The position numbers were made by a program, and so were the translations under genes. From Candidatus Zixiibacteriota bacterium (lineage in GTDB: Bacteria > Zixibacteria > MSB-5A5 > GN15 > FEB-12): a stretch of 25,533 nucleotides of DNA. The notes beneath the pieces were generated by a model that saw nothing but the letters and a program-made list of their open reading frames with translations, was not told the origin of the DNA and ran no database searches. Below are positions 17,595 through 25,533 of this stretch, one piece after another. The stretch is taken from assembly GCA_041742355.1 (NCBI GenBank), contig JBGSIV010000126.1, positions 1 to 25,533 of the forward strand, read 5' to 3'. Every line of letters starts with the position of its first letter. Positions within the stretch are counted from its first letter, which is position 1.

Positions 17595-18767
17595 GTGAAA
17601 ACCACGCCGGACCCCATGCCTGTTCGTGCCGCCGACAGTCGAAATCTCTTCGGCCTGAGCACCCCCGGGTTGTGGTTTATGCTTTTTGCGGCCTGGACCG
17701 TCCTTGCCCTCATTCAGTCGATCCGCTCCTACTACCTGTACAATTTCGACAACGCCGGTTTCATGTCCTACGGGCAGGCGCTGGCCCTGTCGCTGACCAA
17801 CTGGTATATCTGGGCAGCGCTCAGCCCTTTCATATACCTGACGGCGACGCGTTTTGAGATCGATCGCGACAATTGGAGAAGGCGCCTCTTGGTTCATTTC
17901 CTCCTCGCTGTCGGCTTCGGCGTGGTGCGGGTCAGCCTGCACGCGTTCCTGCTTCACAACGTGCGCCACTGGTTCGAAATCCCGGTTGGCCGTTCGCTGC
18001 CGACCTTTACCGCGATGTGGTCGTATATGCTCCGGTCGGACCTTCTCCCCGACCTCATGACCTACCTGCTCATCGCGTTCGGCAGTTTCGCCCTCAGCTA
18101 CTACAGCCGACTGCGCGATGAACAGCGGCGTGTCGCGGAAGCCGAGGCCCGCCTGGCCGACGCGCGACTCGCCACACTTCGCGGTCAGCTCCAGCCGCAT
18201 TTCCTGTTCAACACCCTCAACGCCATCACCGCGCTGATTCATATCGACCCGAAAGCGGCCGACCGCATGATCGCTCGCCTCTCGGATCTCCTGCGCATGA
18301 CTCTCGACCTGGAGGATACGCCGACAACCACCCTTCGCCAGGAGCTCCAGTTTGTCGAGTGTTACCTCGAGATCCAGTTCACCCGTTTCCGCGATCGGCT
18401 TCGCACCGAGATGGCGATCCCGACCGCGCTGCTCGATGCCGAGGTGCCTCCTCTCATCCTGCAGCCGATTGTCGAGAACGCCATCCGTCACGGCATCGCT
18501 CCCCGCGCCACGCCCGGCACGGTCTACCTCTTTGCCGCCGCCGAGCATGGACGCCTCAAGCTGACGATCACCGACGATGGCGCCGGGCTCGGTCCCGGGT
18601 GGGAACAGCGTCGGTCTTCCGGACTCGGCGTGCGCAACACCCGCGACCGCCTCGCGACGCTCTATGGAACGGATCAGTCGTTCGATATCGCTACAAACGA
18701 CTGCGGCGGCGTCACGGTCACGATCACGCTCCCCCTGCGCGGCGTTGCCCCGGAGGATGGGGTATGA
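17595..18767 (+). CDS. LytS/YehU-family membrane sensor histidine kinase
   Basis: About four N-terminal TM segments; H-box QLQPHFLFNTLNAI; LQPIVENAIRHG; DDGAG; GLGVRN. Start is GTG 17595 or ATG 17616. Confidence 0.92.
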   Translation: MKTTPDPMPVRAADSRNLFGLSTPGLWFMLFAAWTVLALIQSIRSYYLYNFDNAGFMSYGQALALSLTNWYIWAALSPFIYLTATRFEIDRDNWRRRLLVHFLLAVGFGVVRVSLHAFLLHNVRHWFEIPVGRSLPTFTAMWSYMLRSDLLPDLMTYLLIAFGSFALSYYSRLRDEQRRVAEAEARLADARLATLRGQLQPHFLFNTLNAITALIHIDPKAADRMIARLSDLLRMTLDLEDTPTTTLRQELQFVECYLEIQFTRFRDRLRTEMAIPTALLDAEVPPLILQPIVENAIRHGIAPRATPGTVYLFAAAEHGRLKLTITDDGAGLGPGWEQRRSSGLGVRNTRDRLATLYGTDQSFDIATNDCGGVTVTITLPLRGVAPEDGV

Positions 18768-19531
18768 GCGGGCGAGTCCGCGCGCTCATAGTCGATGACG
18801 AGCCGCTGGCCCGCAAACGTATCGCCACCCTGCTCGCCGACAACCCGCGCATTCTTGTGGTCGGGGAGTCCTCCGACGGCTCCTCGGCGGTCAATGATAT
18901 CCTCCGTCTCAAACCCGACCTCGTCTTCCTGGATATCCAGATGCCGGAACTCGACGGTTTCGGGGTTATCGGCGCGATCGGGGCCGATCGCATGCCCGCG
19001 GTCATTTTCATCACGGCTTACGACGATTACGCGGTCAGGGCGTTCGAGGTGAACGCCATTGACTACCTGCTCAAGCCCTACGATCCCGACCGTTTCGCAG
19101 CGGCAGTCGACCGCGCCCTCCGCCATATTTCGGAAGCCTCGCCGCCCGGAGGCGAGAATATCGACAACCTGCTGTCCGGTCTCCGCCGCGACCGGCGGTT
19201 GGACAGCCGCATCCTTGTCCGCGAGGGAGAGCGCATCACGGTGGTCAAGACGGCCGACATCGATTACATTGAATCGGCCGGCAACTACGTCAAGCTGCAT
19301 ATCGGCAAACGTGATCACCTTGTGCGGGACACGATGAAGAGCCTCGAGGACCGCCTGCCGTCCGACCGGTTTGTCCGTGTTCATCGTACGGTGATTGTCA
19401 ATATCGAACGCATTAAGGAACTTCGGGCGCACTTCCACGGCGATTTCGACCTCCTCCTGACCGACGGCACGCGTCTGCCGCTGAGCCGCCGCTACCGCGG
19501 CCGGCTCGAAGAGGCTCTCGGCCGACGCTGA
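18764..19531 (+). CDS. LytTR-family response regulator (255 aa)
   Basis: Receiver motifs IVDDEPLAR, FLDIQMP, FITAY and YLLKP; LytTR motifs FVRVHRTVIVN and LPLSRRY. ATG 18764 overlaps the kinase stop (ATGA); the track's 18359 start is an over-extension. Confidence 0.93.
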   Translation: MSGRVRALIVDDEPLARKRIATLLADNPRILVVGESSDGSSAVNDILRLKPDLVFLDIQMPELDGFGVIGAIGADRMPAVIFITAYDDYAVRAFEVNAIDYLLKPYDPDRFAAAVDRALRHISEASPPGGENIDNLLSGLRRDRRLDSRILVREGERITVVKTADIDYIESAGNYVKLHIGKRDHLVRDTMKSLEDRLPSDRFVRVHRTVIVNIERIKELRAHFHGDFDLLLTDGTRLPLSRRYRGRLEEALGRR

Positions 19532-19589
19532 CCTTCTCATGCGCAGCGAGGCAGTTTCTCCTCTGGCCAAGACGCGAGTACCAATCTTG

Positions 19590-20033
19590 CCCGCCGCGAG
19601 CGGTGGGGGCTCCGGTGCTCCGGGGCGGAGACAAGCCCCGCCCCTACGCGGTGGAAAACGGATTGGGTTCGTTGGCGCGTATGCAGGTTCTCTTTCACAG
19701 TCGGGTTTCTCGGGGCTTACGCCCCTCGGAACACCGACCTACGCCCCTCGGAACACCGACCCATCACTGGGTTCGTTTGCACGAGTTCTTCGGTTGTCTT
19801 CATGACTCTGTCCTCTTGCTCTTTTCCTCAGAGCAACCCACCATGAATACTGGGCCACCGGAATCTCCTCCCGCCGCAAGCGGTGGGGCACCCGTGCTTC
19901 CTCACCCTTCGACTCCGCTCAGGGTGACGTCGACTCGCCTCAGGGTGACGGTGGCAGGAGTCTGGGGACTCCTGCCCTACTCGGTTCGCGCCACTCGTTC
20001 TTCTCCATGATCCCACAGCAAGCTGTGGGGTAC
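19590..20033. repeat. REP/BIME-like palindrome mosaic, copy 2
   Basis: 19608-19651 matches 16581-16624 at 43/44 nt; 19700-19743 equals 16673-16716; 19874-19894 equals 16939-16959. Extra hairpins at 19953-19980 and 20012-20033; CTCAGGGTGACG occurs twice. Confidence 0.85.
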
Positions 20034-20071
20034 TCGGTATACCCCAAAGAGTCAAATAGCCAAGTAGTTAG

Positions 20072-22102
20072 CTAATCCCTGACGCAACGAACCGAGCAAC
20101 CGTGAGCCTTCTTTTCGTAATTACGGGCGATATATGAACCCCTGTAATACATATAACGGTACAAGGCGGATCCATCAAAAAAGGCCTCCACCGTAGAGGA
20201 CCAAAAGTTCCCGTATTCACCCACATTGTAGTAGGCTCTGCCGGCACGTTCACCGCCGGGCATCGCGGAAAAACCGCTTTCATTGGTAGCACCAGTATTT
20301 GGAGAGTCCCAATGCGCTGTGCCAACCGCCTTTAGCTTACCGCCCTCAGCGGTGATACGGATGCCAGCCACATCGGCTTGGGATTGACTCATACCAAGAG
20401 CCATCTCCAATTGCTTCCACTCGGCATCAGTCGGCACATGCCAGCCAGCAGGAGCTATGTTCCGGCTGTCAGATACAGCATACCAATTATAGAGTCGGCC
20501 ATAGGTGGCGACATTGTTTACATCGTTATTGTATTCGCAATGAGCGCCGGTGGTCAGAGCTTCCCAATCGGTACTGTCGGTTACATTCGGTATCGCCTCG
20601 CCGTTACGGTAGTGAGTTACTTTCAGGTTTTCGGCCATCCACCATTGATTTCCTATCTTAACAGTGCGATATGTATTGGCGTCTATGTCGGTCATGGTGC
20701 CCACTGAATCAGTTGTGGAAAGTGATATGATACTGCCATAACCGGTCCCCTCACCGTTGCTGGCATAGGCCCGGACGTAGTAGAGGGTCCCGACAGTTAG
20801 CCCAGTAATCGAACTGGTGAAGCTATCTATTCCTACGCCATCGGTGGTCCTACTGTCAGTCACCGTTGGAGTTGGATTCGTACTCCAGCATACCCCACGA
20901 GCTGTCACCATGGCTCCGCCATCCGAGGTGATCGTTCCGCCGCACATTGCGGTCGTCTGCGTAATGGCGCTGACGGCGGCTGTAGTTAATACCGGCACAT
21001 TATCCTTGACACAGTAAACCGAGAAGCCTAGTGCCTTATTGGCGTGGCTACGGCCAACTACGGAATAATCGTAACCCAGGTGGCGGCACCAGGCGGATTC
21101 ACTAAGGTCCTCCGTAGAGGACCAGAAATAGGCGCGTTGCCCCAAACTGTCATAATCCCCACTGCCGGACCGGTAACCGCCGGGCAATAAGGAAAAACCG
21201 CTCCCGTTGGTGGCGCCAGTGTTGGGACTGACCCAATGTACAAACCCAGCTTCTTTCATCTCCCCACCGGCAACAGCGTCGCCCTCCAGAAAATCAATAA
21301 GGGTCTGCCAATCAGCATCAGTCGGCACATGCCAGCCAGCAGGAGCTATGTTCCGGCTGTCAGATACAGCATACCAATTATAGAGTCGGCCATAGGTGGC
21401 GACATTGTTTACATCGTTATTGTATTCGCAATATGCGCCGGTGGTCAGAGCTTCCCAATCGGTACTGTCGGTTACATTCGGTATCGCCTCGCCGTTACGG
21501 TAGTGAGTTACTTTCAGGTTCTCTTTCATCCATACCTGAGTACCAATAGTCACTGTCTGATACACGTTGCCGTCTATGTCCGTTACCGGACCAGTCGTCT
21601 TGTCAGTCGTCTTCTGCCAGAGATTGTTCTTGGCAATGTATAGCACATTGTTCACCCGAAGTTTGGTTCCGTCAGATACGAAAACCTCCCCTGTCCTGAT
21701 GCCCACAGTGCCTCCCGAAAACATCAGATTATATTGTAGCGAGCCCTCCAGTTTGATCTTTATATATCCGGTATCGTCGATGGTGTTGGCGCTAGCGTCG
21801 AGCTTTGACGTGACCGCTCGCATTTCAATGCTAAAACTTACGTCACTGTACTTCCGGAGCTTGTCAATCAAGTGGTCCGAGGGTCGCGGGGGCGTGACAC
21901 CCATCCCCAAGGATCCGCCAGCTCTTTGAACATATGTCACAATTCCGTACTCTATGGCGGTGCGCATCTCGGGGGTAATGTCCTCATGGGAAACAGCGGA
22001 GTGCTTTCCACTCCCTGAATCCTCATCAACTGCATATACTGGTTCAAGCCACAGAAAATTGGACAGCAGTGTTGTAAAGACGATGACAGCAATCGGCCTC
22101 AT
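20072..22102 (-). CDS. Exported protein with two Fib_succ_major (FISUMP) domains separated by an FN3-like domain
   Basis: GGAGG RBS before ATG 22102 (MRPIAVIVF... signal peptide). Two copies of TDIDxNxYxTVxIGxQxWMxENL...YGRLYNWYAV...APAGWHVPT...FWSST...SVxCVxD. Between them lies RGVCWST...YYVRAYA (FN3-like). Confidence 0.88.
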   Translation of the reverse strand: MRPIAVIVFTTLLSNFLWLEPVYAVDEDSGSGKHSAVSHEDITPEMRTAIEYGIVTYVQRAGGSLGMGVTPPRPSDHLIDKLRKYSDVSFSIEMRAVTSKLDASANTIDDTGYIKIKLEGSLQYNLMFSGGTVGIRTGEVFVSDGTKLRVNNVLYIAKNNLWQKTTDKTTGPVTDIDGNVYQTVTIGTQVWMKENLKVTHYRNGEAIPNVTDSTDWEALTTGAYCEYNNDVNNVATYGRLYNWYAVSDSRNIAPAGWHVPTDADWQTLIDFLEGDAVAGGEMKEAGFVHWVSPNTGATNGSGFSLLPGGYRSGSGDYDSLGQRAYFWSSTEDLSESAWCRHLGYDYSVVGRSHANKALGFSVYCVKDNVPVLTTAAVSAITQTTAMCGGTITSDGGAMVTARGVCWSTNPTPTVTDSRTTDGVGIDSFTSSITGLTVGTLYYVRAYASNGEGTGYGSIISLSTTDSVGTMTDIDANTYRTVKIGNQWWMAENLKVTHYRNGEAIPNVTDSTDWEALTTGAHCEYNNDVNNVATYGRLYNWYAVSDSRNIAPAGWHVPTDAEWKQLEMALGMSQSQADVAGIRITAEGGKLKAVGTAHWDSPNTGATNESGFSAMPGGERAGRAYYNVGEYGNFWSSTVEAFFDGSALYRYMYYRGSYIARNYEKKAHGCSVRCVRD
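20424..21510. repeat. Intragenic 196-bp direct repeat (20424-20619 and 21315-21510)
   Basis: 194/196 identical by direct comparison; offset 891 nt (in frame). Confidence 0.95.
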
Positions 22103-22152
22103 GGCGCCTCCGATATCAAAACGTTTCAAAGCTATCGCAAGAGTGTGATACA

Positions 22153-23079
22153 TCATACTTCGGACGACACTGGTTGTCCAGCCGTTAGTTTGTCTCTGAG
22201 CACTTCGTAAGGAGTTTTTCCACCCAAAGCCCCATGCGGTCGAGTGAAGTTGTAGTAGTCCTCCCATATCCGCAGTTTCTGGAGTAGATCGACGTCATCG
22301 GTATAGGTGAGCAGCTGATAGAACTCCTGATGGTCAGTCAGGTGAGATCGTTCGACCTTCCCATTGAGCCGCAGAGTGCCTGGCTTGATGTACACGTGTC
22401 GTATCCCCAGGTCTTCAACATGCCAGTGGAACATGGCCTGGAACTCATGACCATTGTCGGTCCGCACGGTGTGGATGCGGAAGGGGAAACGTTCAATCAC
22501 GTAGTTAATAAACTCAATCGCTGTGGCTTGGTTATGGCGCGGGTGGATCTGGAGGGCTCGGATACGGGTAGCGTCGTCTATGGCCGTGTACTGGAAACGC
22601 CTAATTGCCTTTCCGGCTGAGTCTTTGAACGTTAGGAACTTCACATCAACGTAGATGTGATGCCCGGGTACTTGCTTCTCGTACCGGTGCGTCTGGACGG
22701 TGCGTTTCTTGGCATTCTGAGGCAGCCGATTCAAGCCGTGGCGTCGCAACACCCGATACACACCGCTCTCCGTCACCTTCATCTGTAGATGGTACCGCTG
22801 AATGAACCAGCAGATCCGGTCTGAACCCAGATGGTACATGGTCCGCAGGTACACGATCTTCTCCTGAATCTCAGGAGCTACTCGCAAACCTAGATTCTCC
22901 GGACACGGCTTATGGTTGATCAGACCCTCGTCTCCCGACTTCTCGTACCGGGCTTTCCAGTCGTAGAACGTCTGCCGAGCTATCCCAAAGTGCCGACAGG
23001 CCTTGGCGACATTTCTCCGTGCTTTAACATACTCCAGAACACGCAGCTTCCGCTTGACATCCCGATCTGCTTTCGACAT
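22153..23079 (-). CDS. IS481-family DDE transposase
   Basis: N-terminal HTH (ACRHFGIARQTFYDW); DDE motifs YVDVK, TDNGHEF and NGKVERSH; YNFTRPHGAL; AGGAGG RBS; intact frame. Confidence 0.93.
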   Translation of the reverse strand: MSKADRDVKRKLRVLEYVKARRNVAKACRHFGIARQTFYDWKARYEKSGDEGLINHKPCPENLGLRVAPEIQEKIVYLRTMYHLGSDRICWFIQRYHLQMKVTESGVYRVLRRHGLNRLPQNAKKRTVQTHRYEKQVPGHHIYVDVKFLTFKDSAGKAIRRFQYTAIDDATRIRALQIHPRHNQATAIEFINYVIERFPFRIHTVRTDNGHEFQAMFHWHVEDLGIRHVYIKPGTLRLNGKVERSHLTDHQEFYQLLTYTDDVDLLQKLRIWEDYYNFTRPHGALGGKTPYEVLRDKLTAGQPVSSEV

Positions 23080-23100
23080 CTCTCACCTCCTGATTCGGGC

Positions 23101-23128
23101 AATCTACTTCCAATTGAGAAAGTGTCAA
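23101..23128 (-). promoter_or_regulatory. Putative transposase promoter
   Basis: TTGACA inside the left IR, 16-nt spacer, TAGATT, upstream of the AGGAGG RBS. Confidence 0.55.
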
Positions 23129-23189
23129 CCGAAGTCAGAAGATTCACATGCAAGGCCGCCCCCTGCGCGACGATGCTAGTCTTCTCATG

Positions 23190-23379
23190 CCGCGTAGGGG
23201 CGGGGCTCGCCTCTGCCCCTTTCACCTTCCTCACGTCAAACGCGCAAAGCCGTGTTTGACCTACCGGAGAGAGTACCTATGTCTATCGATTCCTTGGTAG
23301 GTCAAGCACCGGTTTCGGTGCTTGACGTCGTCAATCCAGCGTCGCCTGCGTCAAACACGCGGAGCCGTGTTTGACCTAC
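23190..23379. repeat. REP cluster 3 (GTAG-headed palindromes in alternating orientation)
   Basis: 23194-23219 is a degenerate inverse of 19622-19647; GTAGGTCAA...TTGAC hairpins at 23235-23264 (-), 23297-23326 (+) and 23350-23379 (-). Confidence 0.8.
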
Positions 23380-23406
23380 CGGATCTTCGGCCGACAATAG
23401 TCTTCC

Positions 23407-23456
23407 CCGTTTGTCCCGCCAAACACGCCGCTTGTCCCACCCTGTTGCCGCTTGTG
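23407..23456 (+). promoter_or_regulatory. Putative LytTR-binding triple direct repeat
   Basis: CCGTTTGTC (23407), CCGCTTGTC (23428) and CCGCTTGTG (23448), spaced 21 and 20 nt apart; resembles the AlgR box CCGTTCGTC. Possible -10 TATCCT at 23489. Confidence 0.65.
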
Positions 23457-23531
23457 TCATCGATTCGGCCGTCTGCGTGGTCCCACCGTATCCTTCGGTA
23501 AAACAGAGTCCCGATACGGAAAGGACCCCCC

Positions 23532-25502
23532 ATGAGAACATGGATCATGCTTCTGCTGGCGACGTCCCTCACCGCGACCGCCCAGGCTCAGATCTTCACC
23601 AAGGTGACCGGCCAGCCCCTGACCGACACCCCTGTAAGCTACCGCTCAGCCAACTTTGTCGATGTCGACAACGACGGGTACGCCGACGCGTTTGTCACCA
23701 CCGGCGACAACAACACGAACAACATGCTCTTTATGAACAATCAGGACGGCACGTTTACCCGGGTCACGACCGGCCCGATAGTCAACGAGCACTCCAACTC
23801 GGACGGCGCCACGTTCGGCGATTTCAACAACGACGGCTACCTCGACTGCGCGGTCGCCAACTGGTACAACCAGTTCAACCTTCTCTACGAGGCCGACGGC
23901 TCGGGTGGGTGGACCAGCCGCACCGATCTCCAGCCCGGTATCGACCGGGGCTACTCCGAGGCGGCGAGCTGGGCGGATATCGACAACGACGGCGATCTCG
24001 ACCTCTTTGTGGCCAACAGCGAGGGGGATTTCAAGAACTTCCTGTACGCCAATAACGGCGACGGGACGTTCACGCGAATCCTTACCGGGCCGGTGGCCAC
24101 CGACGCTGTGCCCTCGCGCCACGGCGCCTGGGGAGACTACGACAACGACGGCGATCAGGATCTGTTTGTCGCCAGCGAGAACGGCCACGTCAACAACCTG
24201 TATGAGAACAACGGCGGCGGCGCATTCACGAAGATTACCACCGGGGAGGTCGTCACCGACAGCTACAACTCGTGGAGCGGGAGCTGGGGGGACTACGACA
24301 ACGACGGCGACCTCGACCTCTTCGTGGCCAACAGCGCCGGTCAGGAGAACCTGCTGTACGAGAACAACGGCGACAAGACTTTCACCCGGGTGTATCCGCT
24401 GCATGTCGCTACCCAGTCCTCGTGGTCAACCAGTGCCGCTTGGGCCGATGTCGACAACGACGGGGATCTCGACCTGCATGTCGCGAACGGCTACCACCCC
24501 GTATCGGCCACCGGCCACAAGAACTTCCTTTACCTCAACGACGGCGCCGGCAATTTCACGGTGGACTCCACCGACGCTTCCGTGTCCGATGTCGGCTGGT
24601 CCTACGGCTGCTCGTTTGCCGACTATGATCGCGACGGCGATCAGGATCTGCTCGTCGCCCGCTGGCAGTTCGACAGCGAAACCAACAAGCTCTATCGCAA
24701 TAACACGCCGGCCGGCAACGGCTGGATCAGCGTCAAATGCATAGGGACCGTGTCGAACAACGCCGCGATCGGCGCGCGCCTTCGGCTGAAAGCGACAATT
24801 AGCGGCAACCCGGTCTGGCAGACGCACGAGATCGCATCCACCAGCGGCTACTGCGGCCAGGCCAGCCTCGAAGCGGAGTTCGGCCTGGGGAACGCGGCAA
24901 TCATTGACTCGCTCGTCATCGGCTGGCCCTCCGGCCTTGTCGAATACTTCACGGATGTCGCGATCAACCAGTATGTCACCGCTGTCGAAGGCGACGGCTC
25001 CCTCTGCTCCGGTCGCGATTCCGACCGGGATGGTTTCACGGATCCGGATGACCTCTCGGCCACCTGCGCTCCCGACAACTGCCCGACGGTGCACAACCGT
25101 GATCAGGCCGATATCGACTCCGACGGCATCGGGGATCCGTGCGACGCCTGCCCGAACGACTTTGCGAACGACGGCGACTCCGACGGCCTCTGCGCCGATC
25201 TCGACAACTGCCCGGCTGTCGCCAACGTTGACCAGGCGGATACCGACAGCGACGGTCTCGGGGATGCCTGCTGCTGCCTCAACCGGGGCAATGTCGACTC
25301 ATCGGTGAACGGGTCGGTGAACGTCTCCGACCTGACCTACCTGGTGAATCGCCTCTTCAAGAGCGGTCCCACCCCCGGGTGTCCGTCGCAGGCCAATGTC
25401 GACGGTTCGGCAAACGGCTCCGTGAACGTGTCGGACCTGACGTATCTCGTGAACTTTCTCTTCAAGTCCGGGCCGCAGCCGCCGGCATGCAGTTCAGTGT
25501 AG
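23532..25502 (+). CDS. Secreted CRTAC1-like protein: FG-GAP repeats, ASPIC/UnbV domain, thrombospondin type-3 repeats and a dockerin-like C-terminus
   Basis: Signal peptide; seven (W/F)xDxDxDGxxD repeats; AIGARL...SGYCGQ...FGLG...IGWPSG; DNCPxVxNxDQADxDSDGxGD; duplicated [27 protein letters not shown]. AAGGA RBS. Confidence 0.9.
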   Translation: MRTWIMLLLATSLTATAQAQIFTKVTGQPLTDTPVSYRSANFVDVDNDGYADAFVTTGDNNTNNMLFMNNQDGTFTRVTTGPIVNEHSNSDGATFGDFNNDGYLDCAVANWYNQFNLLYEADGSGGWTSRTDLQPGIDRGYSEAASWADIDNDGDLDLFVANSEGDFKNFLYANNGDGTFTRILTGPVATDAVPSRHGAWGDYDNDGDQDLFVASENGHVNNLYENNGGGAFTKITTGEVVTDSYNSWSGSWGDYDNDGDLDLFVANSAGQENLLYENNGDKTFTRVYPLHVATQSSWSTSAAWADVDNDGDLDLHVANGYHPVSATGHKNFLYLNDGAGNFTVDSTDASVSDVGWSYGCSFADYDRDGDQDLLVARWQFDSETNKLYRNNTPAGNGWISVKCIGTVSNNAAIGARLRLKATISGNPVWQTHEIASTSGYCGQASLEAEFGLGNAAIIDSLVIGWPSGLVEYFTDVAINQYVTAVEGDGSLCSGRDSDRDGFTDPDDLSATCAPDNCPTVHNRDQADIDSDGIGDPCDACPNDFANDGDSDGLCADLDNCPAVANVDQADTDSDGLGDACCCLNRGNVDSSVNGSVNVSDLTYLVNRLFKSGPTPGCPSQANVDGSANGSVNVSDLTYLVNFLFKSGPQPPACSSV

Positions 25503-25533
25503 TTCCGTGTGGTGTCAGGCGGGGTCGCCTGAC

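Larger units (their letters stand above)
22144..23148 (-). mobile_element. IS481-family insertion sequence (1005 bp)
   Basis: TGT...ACA ends. 28-bp imperfect IRs TGTGATACATCATACTTCGGACGACACT and TGTGAATCTTCTGACTTCGGTTGACACT (21/28). Single transposase whose stop lies inside the right IR. Confidence 0.9.

Noticed and set aside
18359..18763. Extended start of the response regulator
   Set aside because: It overlaps the kinase out of frame; the receiver domain begins at ATG 18764 with a typical ATGA coupling.
20424..21510. The 196-bp repeat as a DGR template/variable pair
   Set aside because: Both copies are in-frame coding scaffold, only two mismatches exist (one not at an adenine), and no reverse transcriptase is present.
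22103..22267. N-terminal extension of the FISUMP ORF (731 aa in the track)
   Set aside because: It overlaps the IS481 end and transposase; ATG 22102 has a GGAGG RBS and a signal peptide.

Overview
GC-rich bacterial DNA, probably candidate phylum Zixibacteria (inferred from the C-terminal CC..RGNVD..SDLTYLV..LF dockerin-like tag plus type IX secretion (T9SS)-like genes). 1-10.6 kb (minus): operon of porU-like C25 sortase, a porV-like barrel with a ~590-aa insertion (propeller blades carrying three LysM-like modules), an M6 metalloprotease with a T9SS-type C-terminal domain (CTD), and a truncated DUF5683-like protein. 10.9-16.5 kb (minus): M1 peptidase, class-3 (R. etli-type) asparaginase, a candidate 24-aa TnaC-like leader, tryptophanase and a lipoprotein. 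16.5-20 kb: two colinear REP-palindrome mosaics flank a 45-aa membrane protein and a LytS/LytTR two-component pair. 20-23.2 kb: a lower-GC island with a double Fib_succ_major (FISUMP) protein and an IS481. 23.4-25.5 kb: a triple AlgR/LytTR-like box precedes a secreted FG-GAP/ASPIC/TSP3/dockerin protein. All family calls come from motif recognition by eye; no searches were run.
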